A stretch of DNA of 64,000 nucleotides, taken from assembly GCF_006345805.1 (NCBI RefSeq), contig NW_021832430.1, positions 372,001 through 436,000 on the forward strand. Direction: 5' to 3'. The translations under genes were made by a program, and so were the position numbers. The DNA comes from Octopus sinensis (taxonomy: Eukaryota). The notes below the pieces were generated by a model, which saw nothing but the letters and a program-made list of their open reading frames with translations, did not search any database and was not told the origin of the DNA. Position 1 is the first letter of the stretch, and every line of letters begins with the position of its first letter. This document shows, in pieces, positions 15,189 through 27,080 of this stretch.

Positions 15189-15215
15189 GGAGATGTGGAA
15201 CAAAACCCTGGACCT
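15189..15215 (+). other. 2A-like ribosome-skipping motif GDVEQNPGP (family B LINE)
   Basis: SLTLLLIRCGDVEQNPG|P directly before the APE (TLTILQLNING). Confidence 0.88.
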
Positions 15216-18200
15216 GAGCCTATTAGAACACTAACCATCCTTCAATTGAACATCAACGGGATTTCCAAGAAATGCAATGACCTACGCTACTTTCTACACA
15301 CGAACTCTATTGATATAGCTCTTATTCAAGAGACCAAACTTACTCCAAAATCCCAAACCCCCCGTTTTAAGGGATATTCCACCATTCGTCGTGACCGCCA
15401 GTCTGGAAAGCCTGGCGGTGGTCTCATTACTCTCATTCACGAGGCCATTCCCTTTGCAGACTCAACTGCCAACATTGAATCTCTCTTAACTAATGATCGA
15501 TTTACCGAAATTTCATCTATTCAAATTAACATTAACAAGATATGTTACTCTGTTGTTAACACATATATCCCCCCGATTTCGTCATGTGCTCCCAATTATA
15601 CACCGAACTTACTGCCTCTTTTTTCAATTGAAAACTGTATTCTATGTGGCGACTTCAACGCCCACCATCCTCTCTGGTTATCCACAAACAAAACTGACAA
15701 ACGTGGCCAGCAAATCACAACGGATGCGGAAGAATTGATCACTCTAAACAACCCTCTTCTACACACCCGCTGTGCAATGCGACCTGGAGATTCAAACACT
15801 TCTCCTGACATTACCTTATGTTCCCCAAACATCGCCCTCGACGCCAAATGGACAGTTCTGTACGACCTACCAACGGACCACAATCCTATTCTAATCAAAA
15901 TAAACCATCACCCTGTAAAGAAGAGAATTACGAAGACCTACATTAACTACAAACGTGGGAAATGGGACTCGTTCAGGAGTGAAACTGAACGTATATTCAG
16001 TAATTTTTCTTGCTCCTCCATTCAATCATTTGACGCTGCCGTTGCTTTCTTTACTAGTACACTTCTTTCTGCGGACAAAAAATTTATTCCCCGCGGCTTC
16101 ATCCGAAATCACGGCCTCCACTTCCCCCCACCTATCATTGAACTATTCAAAAAACGAAGGAGGATCAAATCGACGACTTCTATCAATGGAAATGGAGAAT
16201 CCCTAGCAGAAATCAACAAACAAATTGACGAATTAATCAAGAAACATAAAACTGACGAATGGAATGATTTTATCACTTCAATAACCCCAAATACTGGATC
16301 CCGTGCTTTCTGGAGAACCCCCAAGAAAATTCACACGAGGCAAACATGTCCCCTCTCACATGCCACCGGTATCTCGACCAAAAAATCTGTCCTATCTTTC
16401 CAGGATCAAGCCAACATCTTAATTCGCCATTATGCAAAATTCAGTCACCTTCCTACCCCAAAGGATCTCCGTTTCGTAAGAAAATCACATTATAAGTCAA
16501 ATGACAATTCTACTGACTATATTAACATCCCAGAATCATTTACCAGGCAACTTGTTGTTAACTCGCGGAATTCTAACGCCAGAGGTCCTGATGGCCTTGC
16601 CATCCACCACCTAAAAAATCTGGGTCCTAATGGCTTTCTGGCTCTGACCAATTTAATCGAATACTCGATCAACCATGGTCTGGTTCCTATGCTTTGGAAG
16701 AAATCTACCATCATCCCTATCCCAAAGCCAAATCGTGATACCTCTGACCCCTCCTCTTTTCGACCTATCTCTTTGATCTCAGTGGTTTCAAAAATAACAG
16801 AGCGAGTTGTATTGAGCATCATAAAACCTTTCCTCCCATTTGCTGAATCTCAACATGGCTTTCGTTCTTAGCATTCCACTTCCACCCATCTTTCAAAACT
16901 GACACAATTCATTGCGGATGGGTTTAACAATCATAAGCCACCTCAAAGAACAATTATTGCATCCATCGACATTGAAAAGGCATTTGACAGAACGTCAAGA
17001 CACGTTCTGTGTAGGAAAATAACCGATACGGAATTCCCCCACCAAATAAAGTCATGGCTACTCTCTTTTCTCTCTGGGCGTCTTGGTCGCACCACAATCA
17101 TGTCTTCTTACTCACGCTACAAATACTTGCCTAACGAGTTCCCCAAGGCTCGGTCCTTTCACCTGCCTTATTTAACTTACATCTGTCAAATATCCCGACG
17201 AACAATAATACTCTACTTCTCTCCTACGCTGATGACTTAATTTTTGCCTCCCGCCACCAAAACATAATCACCGCTTCTGGATTTCTGCAGGAACACATGA
17301 ACACTCTTTCGTCCTGGCTGAAATGCAATCTTCTTCAACCTTCTCCTTCCAAATCATCTGTTACGCTATTCACAACTGACCGCCGTCAGTTCAACTTAGA
17401 GCCTAAACTATTCCTAGACAACACTCCACTCCCAGTTGAAAAATCCCCCAAAATCTTGGGTCTGATATTTGATTGCTGTTTGTCCTTCTCGAAACATGTT
17501 TCATATATCTGTGGAAAATCCCAGAAAAAACTCAATGTGCTCCGAGCTATTGCGGGGACTTCATTTGGGCAGGATAAGGAAAGTCTAACAACTGTATACA
17601 AGCAGTTTATTAGAACAACTATGAACTACGCCATCCCTGCTTGGGGTTCCTGCTTATCTAATACAAACCTTGAAAAACTTCAGAGAACTCAAAACTCAGC
17701 ATTACGAATTATTACCGGCTGTCTAAAAACGACACCTACCGACCACCTACATTGGGAATCGAAAATCCTTCCAATCAGTGACCATTTTGAAATGCTCGGG
17801 CTGCAATTTCTTGACAAATGCCGAACCCTAAATCACCCTGGCTACTTCCTCTGGCACTCCACTAACAACAGGAGAATAGTTCCGACCCTCGCGGACAAAG
17901 TCCGCAAGCTTATACGATCCCCTCCGGACATTAACCAGAAGGGGATTCACGACCTGGTGGCTACGAGGGCAATCAGATGTCTTGGAATAAACAAGCTTCT
18001 GGGACGCCTTCCGCCGCCAATTAATAAGATCGAATCCTCCCTCTCAAGAGAAGCCCGAGTGAACTTGGCTCGTCTCCGCTGTGGCCACCATACTGGCCTA
18101 CACGATTATCGCATAAAAATCGGTCTTGGTGAAATAACCCCTTCCTATTCCCTCAACGACCTTTTCTCCTGTCCAGGCCCGCCTCTACTTCCTCGGAACA

Positions 18201-18325
18201 CCGGATCACGATCGGGGATCTTTGGGAGCGTCCGACATTGGCCCTAACGTTCTTGTTAGCCACCGGCTTCCTTCAATTGAAGGGGCCGGGGGTAAATAAA
18301 TAAATAAATAAACATTACATACTGG

Positions 18326-18790
18326 TTGAGCATTTGGTCATCCTTTCGTGGCCTTTTTCTGCCCGGGGCGGCTCTCTCTGAAGACCTCGTTCTCCCAACT
18401 CATTCTTCTTGTCATCTCTGTGGACGTGGTCTGAAGACCTCGTTCTCCCGACTCATTCTTCTTGTCATCTCTGTGGACGTGGAACTTAATCTTAGCCCTA
18501 AAGAACACATCTCATTTTTTAACTGAACATCAATGGGATTACCGGAAGAGCAACCAAATTAAACTCCTTTTTAACCAAACACGACATTGAAGTTGGTGTA
18601 ATCCAGGAAACAAAACTGACCACATCCTCGAGATCCCCACAATTTCCAAACTATCACATGCAACGACTGGACAGACTATCCGGCCGCGGAGGCGGTCTCA
18701 TGACACTCATTAAGAAGGGTATTATCTACCAGGAGAGTTCCGCATTCATTAACGACCAACGCCATTTTTCCGATATTCGTCGTTCCTTCA
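18326..18790 (+). mobile_element. Decayed 5' end of a third 2A-APE LINE
   Basis: LILLVISVDVELNLSP (three substitutions from SGDVELNPGP), then NINGI, IQETKL and RLDRLSGRGGGLMTLIK. Contains a 53-bp tandem duplication at 18378-18482. Confidence 0.7.
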
Positions 18791-18884
18791 ACTTGTTTCT
18801 ATCCAACATCCAGATCACCAACGAAAATAATTTTCGTTAAATTGAAAACGCACTGTACTTCAATTAGAAAAGTTAATTTTGTCT

Positions 18885-19285
18885 ATCTTCGATATCCCCT
18901 ACGAGCCTTCCCCTACGAGCAGGGGAAATCCCTTATTTGGGATTCTACCTGCTCGGACACGTTCTCGCTGGGAAATCTCGCTCTGTCCGCCGCCAATCCT
19001 GGGCACGCTTCCAGGCAGGCCGAGGAGCGAAAGATTCTCAAGTACGGCCACCTCTCCAACTCGCTGCTCTTTACTCCAATTGCCGTGGAGTCCTCCGGGA
19101 TCTTCGGTCCCAAGACACTCCGCTTCCTTCGCTCGCTCGGTCGACGGATTTCAAGGACTAGTCACGATCCAAGAGAGTTTTCTTGGCTCCTGGAACGTCT
19201 GTCGATTGCTGTGATCCGAGGGAACGGCTTCGCCATTCGCGAGGCTGGTCGGGTGTCTCGTGAGGCCTTTAATTAACTTAGCTAT
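18885..19285 (+). mobile_element. CRE-clade RLE retrotransposon, 5'-truncated
   Basis: FPYEQGKSLIWDSTCSDTF...AEERKILKY...FTPIAVESSGIFG...LERLSIAVIRGN. Confidence 0.85.
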
Positions 19286-20939
19286 CTTTAATTTCTTTCT
19301 TGCTTTCAGAACATAAATCTTAAATTTTAAACAGTTCTGCTCACACTCAAATTATTGATTATATTTTGAAATTTTCCATTTTCTAAAATTCGCCGCAAAA
19401 TGATGGAACCAAATATCGCAAATTTGGGAGTATTTAATGCATTTTAATTTATTCTTGTAGAACTTTAGCTGGAACATTTGTTATAAAAGGTATGGTTATT
19501 TTGTTGACTTCGTATCTTCTTAATTTAGAAAATCAAATGTTTCACGAGACTCTGTCAGCTTGACAATTCGCATAATTAATGGTAAACAGAAACAGTGTAA
19601 CAATTAAAAAATAAGGTTATAATTGTTGATCATTTAGCCTCAAAATGCAAAAAGAGTATGATTAATAGTAACCTTGTTAAATAGAGTAGTCATGTATTAT
19701 TGAAAAATTATAATTAAATGCGTTTTAGAGTGTTATAATCTGTATCTATATTATTCTCTTCTAGGTCTCTGATTGTAAGCATTTCAGTGCTGGATTCCTT
19801 AAGGATTTATTTATTTAATAATATATTACGCTTTTATCAACTATTTTGTCCAAGTGATTGTAATATTCATCTGTCTAAAACATATTTATTTTAATTTACA
19901 GCTTCAATGGTTTTGTTTTTTCCAACTTTGATTAATATACATTTTTCCTGAAATTCCGAACAAAAATCTTGAAAAATGGTTTCATATTTTTGATTAATTG
20001 ATCTGATAGAACTCTAAAATATTTTTATTGAGAAATACAAATATCGGTGTAAATAAATTTGTTATTTTTTCTCCAATTAAAGCCTTCTGTGCACTTATAT
20101 TCGAATACGTGACTTTGTCCTCATTGGTTTCAATTTTACTTTTACGACTTTTTCTCAGTGCTTAGGTAAGTGGATTATATTAATGTAACATTGATGATAT
20201 TTTTTGCCTTTTTTAGTGTCGTCAAATTCCGGCAACAATATATTTTCGATTCCAGCTTCAAATAATCTGTCGAAGTCAGACTTTTAAATTACGATGAAGT
20301 TTCTTCGATCAAAGGCAAAGTTTCAAATAATCTTTCAGAAAGTTTATTTAATTGAAATCCAACTAAAATGAAGCCTAATTCACATCTTACCAGGATGGTC
20401 GACAGCGCTTCCAATATCTGCCATCTGTTGAAGTAACTTCCCATAATGTTGATTTAAAGTTCTTTTAAATTAATAGAATAATACTTTAAAGAATCGTGAA
20501 CTTTTTTAAATCTATTTCCAAGTTCTGGCCAGATGAGTTTGATTGACTTCAACATTTAAAGTAAAATTGAACTTTAATGTCGTTTAAAAAGTCTGAGTGC
20601 GACTTATCGTTTATTGAAATGGCCATTTTTACGGGAGAATAATCCAATTTATGCTTATATTTTAAGTTAACTATGCGGAATCAAAATTGAATTAATTAGC
20701 CCGAATCTTTTTATTTATAATTATTAAGAAAAGACTTTTTTAACTAAAACCAAAAAAATAAGAAATTAACTAATTCATTGACCCTGGTCTTCGGAAATTT
20801 TTTCTTTTGAAAGAGCAAATCTACCTACTCACTATTCGCGCTTTCACTTTCATGCTCTGAATCATTTATAATTTGGCTATTTGATTCATCCGGGGGCTCT
20901 TTGCAAAATTTGTTTGTAATTTTAACCAACTGGCTGGCT

Positions 20940-22370
20940 GTCGTAATAAATTAATGGCATACCTATGCTTCACCACCATGCTTTCTAGTGTCTTCATCAC
21001 AAGTCCCTGAATGTATGTTTTCGTCGAGTCTTGAACAGATAATTTTTTTCATATAGGATTTGTAACACGTCACCCCGTCATATGTCAGCACAATTGGAAT
21101 AATCTTTACAGGTGCCCCGTAAAGTATCTTTAGTTTCCCAGCCAGAAGATCGTATTTATGCATTTTTTTCCACTTCAGCTTGCTTGAATCTTTTCTGCGA
21201 TGTAATTCACACTTCAATTATTTTAATCTCATTCTTCAACTTGTACTGAATTTGAGTATCGATATCGAGCTTATTGAACTGAACTTGAGTATCTGTCAAT
21301 ATTGATGCACCCGTATCTCGACATCTGGATTTGATAAACTAGACTGTATCGAATGGACTTTAACTTCCCAGTTTTCTTAACTCCAAACTGTTTGCAAACG
21401 TGCAAATGAATGCATTGGGCCTTCTCAGATAGTCAGTGTTTAGCATTCTGTTGCACTGCGCAGCCATGCGGTTTACTGTCTTAGTTTTCTTGCAATGATC
21501 ACATAGTGCACCACGCGTAGAGAAGAACAAATTTTTATCTTGCAAGAGGAAATAAAAAACTTTATTCCTTGATGTATTGTTCCCTTTGTCTAACCACTCA
21601 CTAGACATTCTGAGATCACATTTGAATCCTCTTCATATCTGAACAAGACAGAATGAAATGATTTGTTTTTAACTTTGTTCGATAAATATTGCACATTAGC
21701 CATTCTTAGGGATTGGCAGCCATTCAATATTTAGAAGCAAGAAATCCTGCGATCGTCGTCATACCCACAGGATCCCCGACCTCCTGGGGCAGATAGCCGA
21801 CTTCTTTTCCAAGGTGTCCAAGAACTAAAGCAGCATTAATTCACTCTTGAAAGCAATTGACGTCAACTCCCTTCCCATGCTCTTTCTTGAAAGGTACAGC
21901 CGCTTTTTTGGTTTGCTTCATGTGTATTTTTTGTGTAGTAAATATTTTTCGTGTTTGGAGATCAATATCATCAAATTCAAAATTCAATATTGTTTAATCC
22001 AATAGTAACTTTATAGTGACATGGCATAATCATTGATTTCTTTGAAAAGGTTCGCAGAGTTTGTTTTTGTCTTCATTAGTTCAGTAATTTTTTTAGCATT
22101 CTCGAGAATTGTCTCCGGCACTTTTTGTTTTTGTACGATGCATCCCTGATCTTCCAGAACTCCTAAATATCGATAACTTTCGACTCCATCTAGAGTTTTG
22201 CAGTTCTCCAATGATTCTAGATTAATTGCAGAGTTCTAAGAATTTATCTTAAGCGCAACTTTGAAGTATTCAACAATAGCATCCATAATTTTAATCACAG
22301 TTTCTTCTTTCTGTGGAATTATCTTTAGATCACAACAAAGAATTAATGGTTTGTAGAGTATGTACAAGCT
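20940..22370 (-). mobile_element. R4/Dong-like RLE non-LTR retrotransposon, decayed 3' half
   Basis: SYRYLGVLED, SSEWLDKGN..LQDKNLF..CDHC..C..DYLRR, KYDLLA..IIPIVLTYDG. Confidence 0.78.
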
Positions 22371-22399
22371 AGAGAGGTCGGGGTAACTAACTAACTAAT

Positions 22400-25060
22400 C
22401 CTTTCATCCTATGTGCTACACCCTGTACGATTTGGTCTGTTAGACACCTCCACGCTCTTCTTGAGATTGAAATTTTTCTAAGGCTGTCTCGATCGTCTGC
22501 ATTTTCAAGTAATAGTCCGACATGCTTTAGGTCATTATTTTATCAGTGGTAGTGTCGTTCGTTGCCTTCCTGAGAGTATATTTCCATGATATCATTAGCG
22601 GGAACAGAGGGATCCATCCGTAGTATGTGTCCGAAGAGTTCCCATCGGGTATTATTAACAAATATCTCTGAGTGTTCTGATTTGGAAACGAAGTATAAGT
22701 CTTGGCTCTTGATTTTACCCGGATAGTGTATTTCTAAAAATGATCTATTTATTTAACCACATTCCCCCCTTAAATTGGGAGGAATGCGGCACGAAGAAAA
22801 CCGACAGACCTCTTAGGGTCACACTATAAGTTAAGGAGAGAGTTAATTTTATAAGATCTTCTTATCTCTGTGAGATTATTACAATCCAAGACGACGTGCG
22901 TTACTGTGTGTCGTCCGTCATGGCAGATTGGACAGGACGGATCGACGTCCTCATCCAGTTTGTTTTGCTAATCGAGGAGTAAAGGGTGATACCCACAGCG
23001 AAATCTTGCGAGTTCGACCCGATCTTTGCGGCTGAGATCGTTTTCAGTTGCGTTTATTTTTGGGGGGTGATTGTTGAGAATATTTTTTGCGGTTAGTGCG
23101 ATCAAGGAGGATTTAGTTAATTTATTTCCTGTGAAAAGCGTTGAGATTTTCAACACATTTCTGATTTAGTTGTACAGTAAAATTGGCAGGATAAAAGCAT
23201 TGTACAAACGTACTTTTACGAGATGTGAGAGTTGTGCGTAACTCATCATCTCGATTTTAGCCTCTTCAGTGCCAAAATTTTTCTTCGTTGAATATCTTCT
23301 CAGTCACCAAACAGTGACTCGTTTTTTCTTGATCTCCATCATATTTCGTCAGTAAATTTATTTTCTTGTTTGATTGTGATGAAATTTTTGTTCATTTTGA
23401 ACTACTTAACTACTCTCCAAATACTCAAGGACCGTGGTTAAGTGCAATCCTGATGTCATTCAGGTCTTTTAAAACAAAATCTATGTCGTCCGCATTTATT
23501 AATTCAATTATACAGGTCAGGTCAATTTTAGCTGTCAGATCATGGAGAGCAGTTTCCAGGTAGATAACAATTAGGATCGGAGATAAGGAGTCGCTTTGTG
23601 GAGTGCCAATGTGTGCTTTGAACTTACAAGAGTGATCCGAGTTAACCCACACCTCTATTTTAGTGTTTGCAAGTAGGATACATATCATTCTCAAACTGTC
23701 CTCATTTAACAATGTTTTTAATACCTGAATAAGCTTTTCTCTGCGAATAGTGTCAAACGCTTTGGATAGATCTATATCCTGTATGTAAACTGTCTTACTG
23801 AACCTCGGTGTCATGGCACACACCCATTTGTGTGTCCAGACAATATCCGCTTTTGACCTCCTTCTTCTAAACCCACTTTGTCGCACAGACAAGAATTTGT
23901 TTACGGTAGGAGATATTCTGTGAAGAACAATCAACGACAGTAGTTTTTATGGAGATATTAAGAGAATTATAGGTCTGAGATTGTCTACCGGTCCAACCAG
24001 CTTCCTTAATTTCTGTACAAGAATTAGGACTCCTTGTCCAAGTGAAACGTCTGTATGTGTCATAAATATGCCGTTTAGTATGTCGCATAACTAATGAGCA
24101 AGTGAGCTAATTGAACTGTTCAACTTCTCTGGCGTACTGCTCAAGTAATCTTGATAGAACAGGCGTATTTTACTCTTTATATTTCTTAAAATGGAGTTCA
24201 TCTTATATTTTAGTTTTATTTTCATATTTATACGCTTTGTATTTCTATAAGTCTAAAATTTTTCTATGATCTTGATGTTTTTAATTATGTTTGAGATTAA
24301 AGTCCAACAATCATCAGGTGGATATTTGGAATTTAATTTTGAGACAAATTTGTCGACTTTCTTCCTAAATCTATTGCGCGTAGCATCGTTTGCATGTAAG
24401 TTTTCCGCGGACAGTCTTGAAAAGAAATGTTTCTCGTTTTTTCTTTTAATCACATTTTGACATAAATAAAGGTTAAATTGAGAGACAATGGCCTTATGGT
24501 CACTCGATAGAAGTTTGTCTTTGTAAAATTGTGAGTCTATCAGCATGCATTTGAGATTACTTCGACAGATGATGTAATCAATTGTAAAATCGCCCCATTC
24601 TGGTTTTGTCTTCGTCCCATCCACGTCGTCATATGACTTGCTGGATGTTGAAATGCCATGTTGCACAAAAAAAAGATTTAATGGACTGTAGAAGTCTGCC
24701 AAACCTGCGCCATTTGAGTTCCTTGTTCCTCTACTATGAGCTCCGATAAAATTTTCATTCTTACGACGTGTTCTCGCTTTTGCATTCCAGTTACCTCCAA
24801 GGAAATTAGAAGAGAAGCACGTATGTCGCCTACAGTCATGCCGAGATTCGAGTAAAAATGTTTGACTTCTTTAGGACATTTCATTGCTATATCCATTGCT
24901 GGTCTATACGCGTTAATGGTATTCAAAAGCGTTTTCCCCAACCTTAGTTGTAAGACTGATATTCCGTGAATGATCCTCCAGCATTTGTGAATTATCTTGG
25001 CATAGTGGTTATTGATTTCAAATCCATGTCCATTCCGATTTTAGCAAGATAATCCTATTT
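22400..25060 (-). mobile_element. RTE-like APE-RT LINE, decayed and interrupted at about 22745-23170
   Basis: APE remnants (INAYRP..FY; IDYII; SDHKAI), RT (QSGFR, DLSKAFD, GTPQSDSLSP, ADD), VRLYNAFILPILLYN, and after the interruption HYPGKI..LY..RWELFGHILRMD. Confidence 0.8.
22745..23156 (-). mobile_element. 5'-truncated Ingi/Vingi-like LINE (family C) nested in the RTE element
   Basis: LSRKDRVELARFRCGYHP..CPICHDGRHTVTHVVLDC..; 11-bp 3' hairpin; TAAA tail; last ~110 nt match 52438-52547. Confidence 0.75.
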
Positions 25061-25463
25061 TTTTATTATAATGGAAAAAAGAGCACGGTCAAAATGCACA
25101 TGCGGCTACACGCTTGATGGAGCGTGCATTCCCGCGAATGACACCTATTTCAATTTTTGAAACAACCATAACACTTCCCGAGTCTCCCTACGTCGCATAG
25201 CGGCTTTTCCTCAGACTTCTTTGATGAAAGAAATCGTTAGAGAACCGGTTATCCCAAATAAGACTGAAGCGACACCGTTGTCCAAGATTTACATATTTGA
25301 CAATTTTTCTATTAGCTGCAGCCTCTATTGCAGAACCCGGAGAAACAGCAGAAAAGACTATGTTAGTTTTCTAATGGATGTCAACAAACGTTAAATCCCA
25401 AACCAACGAATTCCCACAGGAGTAAGGAAGAGTGGTCATCCCATCGGGTCTTTTCCCATCTTA

Positions 25464-26194
25464 AAGTCAATTTGTCAATTATAAACCTCAAATGTCATCT
25501 GCATAATTCAATTTATCAATTACAAACTTCAAATGTCATCTGCAAAGCTCAAATCCTGCGGAAGAAGTGCAGGTCGAACCCCTCGACATGCCGCATTGAA
25601 TGATGTGATACGACGTGCCCTAGAGGCAGCAGGATTCCCAGCAAGACTGGAACCTGCGGGTCTTAACCGTAATGATGGGAGAAGGCCAGATGGAGTGACT
25701 CTTTTCCCCTACTCTGGAGGTAAACCACTAGTTTGGGACTCGACATGCGTGGACACTTTCACTCGAAAGAACATCAACATTTCCTTGCGTTCACCTGGAT
25801 CGGCCGCTAACTTTGCTGAAAAAGCAAAAATTGCCAAATATTCCACAATCGGGGATTCGTACCGCTTTGTTCCTGTGGCAGTCGAGACTTCGGGTGTCAC
25901 AGGAACTGTAACTGAGTCATTCCTTAAAGAAATCGGACGAAAAATTGCTCATGTAAAAAACGATTGGAGGGAACCAACCTGGCTTCGACAAAGAATAGGT
26001 TTGGCCGTTGTTCGCGGCAATGCCTATTCGATTATGTCGTCAGCCGCGGAGAACTAGCCTAGATTAGTTTAATTAACACAGAATGATAAATTGAGAAAAA
26101 AAATAAAAAAAATAAAAAAAACTCAAATTTACAATTACAAAGTTCTAATTGCAACTGCAGATGACATTGAAGTTTGTAATTGACAAATTGACTT
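25464..26194. mobile_element. TIR-bounded cassette: small MITE carrying a retro-inserted CRE 3' end
   Basis: ~40-bp inverted repeats at 25464-25503 and 26156-26194 (37/40 identical), a second direct copy at 25505-25544, an A-rich tail at about 26095-26121 and a 7-bp duplication CTCAAAT (25548-54 / 26122-28). Confidence 0.75.
25533..26057 (+). CDS. Intact 174-aa restriction-like (PD-D/ExK) endonuclease domain of CRE type
   Basis: RH..LND..RPDG..WDSTCVDT..K..KY..VAVETSG..QRIGLAVVRGNA with no stop or frameshift; the ATG lies in the repeat arm. Confidence 0.75.
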   Translation: MSSAKLKSCGRSAGRTPRHAALNDVIRRALEAAGFPARLEPAGLNRNDGRRPDGVTLFPYSGGKPLVWDSTCVDTFTRKNINISLRSPGSAANFAEKAKIAKYSTIGDSYRFVPVAVETSGVTGTVTESFLKEIGRKIAHVKNDWREPTWLRQRIGLAVVRGNAYSIMSSAAEN

Positions 26195-27031
26195 GAAAAT
26201 GGTATAGAGCCACTGGCTCTAGCACTGAAGGGAAGCCCGCTGACTCAAAAGCTCGTAAGATTACATTGTTAACAGCGGAGTGCCGAGGAGCTTGCCCAGG
26301 AATTTGTTTGCAAAAGAGTGAGTGGACATCTTTGACGTCAACCATTTTTCTACATCTAAAACGATTTTGTTCTTAGATGTAAAATTTTAATCTCAGTGCA
26401 GTACCGATACGCATCTAGTTATCCTCTAATAAAGTTTCGAGGCCAGCTATTGGCATAGCATTCAGCCACAATCCGCTGTTTTGCACAGCTGCAGAGCGTA
26501 AACAGGCAAGGCGGTGCTGGTCGAGCCTCCGCAAAAAGATAGCCTTCGGCAGGATAAGTGAGATGACAGCAAAATCGGGCAGATCTTAAACCACTTCCGC
26601 CAGAATTAAGTGTTAGTTTACATTGCGACCACCCATTTTACTGAAAAAATTTTTTTTGGATCGACCCGGTACACAATCTTAACGTATTGTCGGTAGAAGG
26701 CAATATTTTATATTGTATGTAGCAAGGCGACCATCTCAATAAGTATAATAATTTAGGTACGTGGATGCAATTTTTGAAGAGGAAAATGCCCTTGTGGGAT
26801 TCATGTAAAGAAAGGCGTTAGAAAACGGAAAATTTCGACAGTCTAAACTTTGGGGTGGTTTTGCAATTTGGACTCCCAGAAAGGACACTTGAAAAAATAA
26901 ACATCATTGGAGTGTGTTTGTTTTATGCCTGCCAAAGATTCCCAAAATATTCTATATTACTAAACCAAAGTCTTGTACTGAGATTATGTTTTTTTGGTGT
27001 TGACTATCATTTTTACCAGGACAGGAACAAT

Positions 27032-27080
27032 TTTAGATAACTCATTTAGATAACTCATTTAGATAACTCATTTAGATAAC
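27032..27080. repeat. 13-bp tandem repeat (TTTAGATAACTCA) x3.8
   Basis: Directly visible; sits inside the decayed CRE element. Confidence 0.95.

Larger units (their letters stand above)
15002..18303 (+). mobile_element. Full-length Ingi/Vingi-like LINE (family B), 3.3 kb, ribozyme-2A-APE-RT, with one nonsense mutation and frameshifts
   Basis: 15-bp TSD ATAAATAAACATTAC at 14987-15001 and 18304-18318; ORF 15015-16871 (APE plus RT start), TAG at 16869, frameshift near 17145, ORF 17297-18247; 3' hairpin and (TAAA)n tail. No RNase H seen. Confidence 0.95.

Noticed and set aside
16869-16871. TAG read as Gln (alternative genetic code)
   Set aside because: A single CAG>TAG change in a copy that also has frameshifts; host genes end in TAA or TGA and show no in-frame TAR at conserved Gln sites.
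19290-20930. Possible gene or transposase in the AT-rich stretch
   Set aside because: No ORF of 60 aa or more and no recognisable motif; could not be supported.
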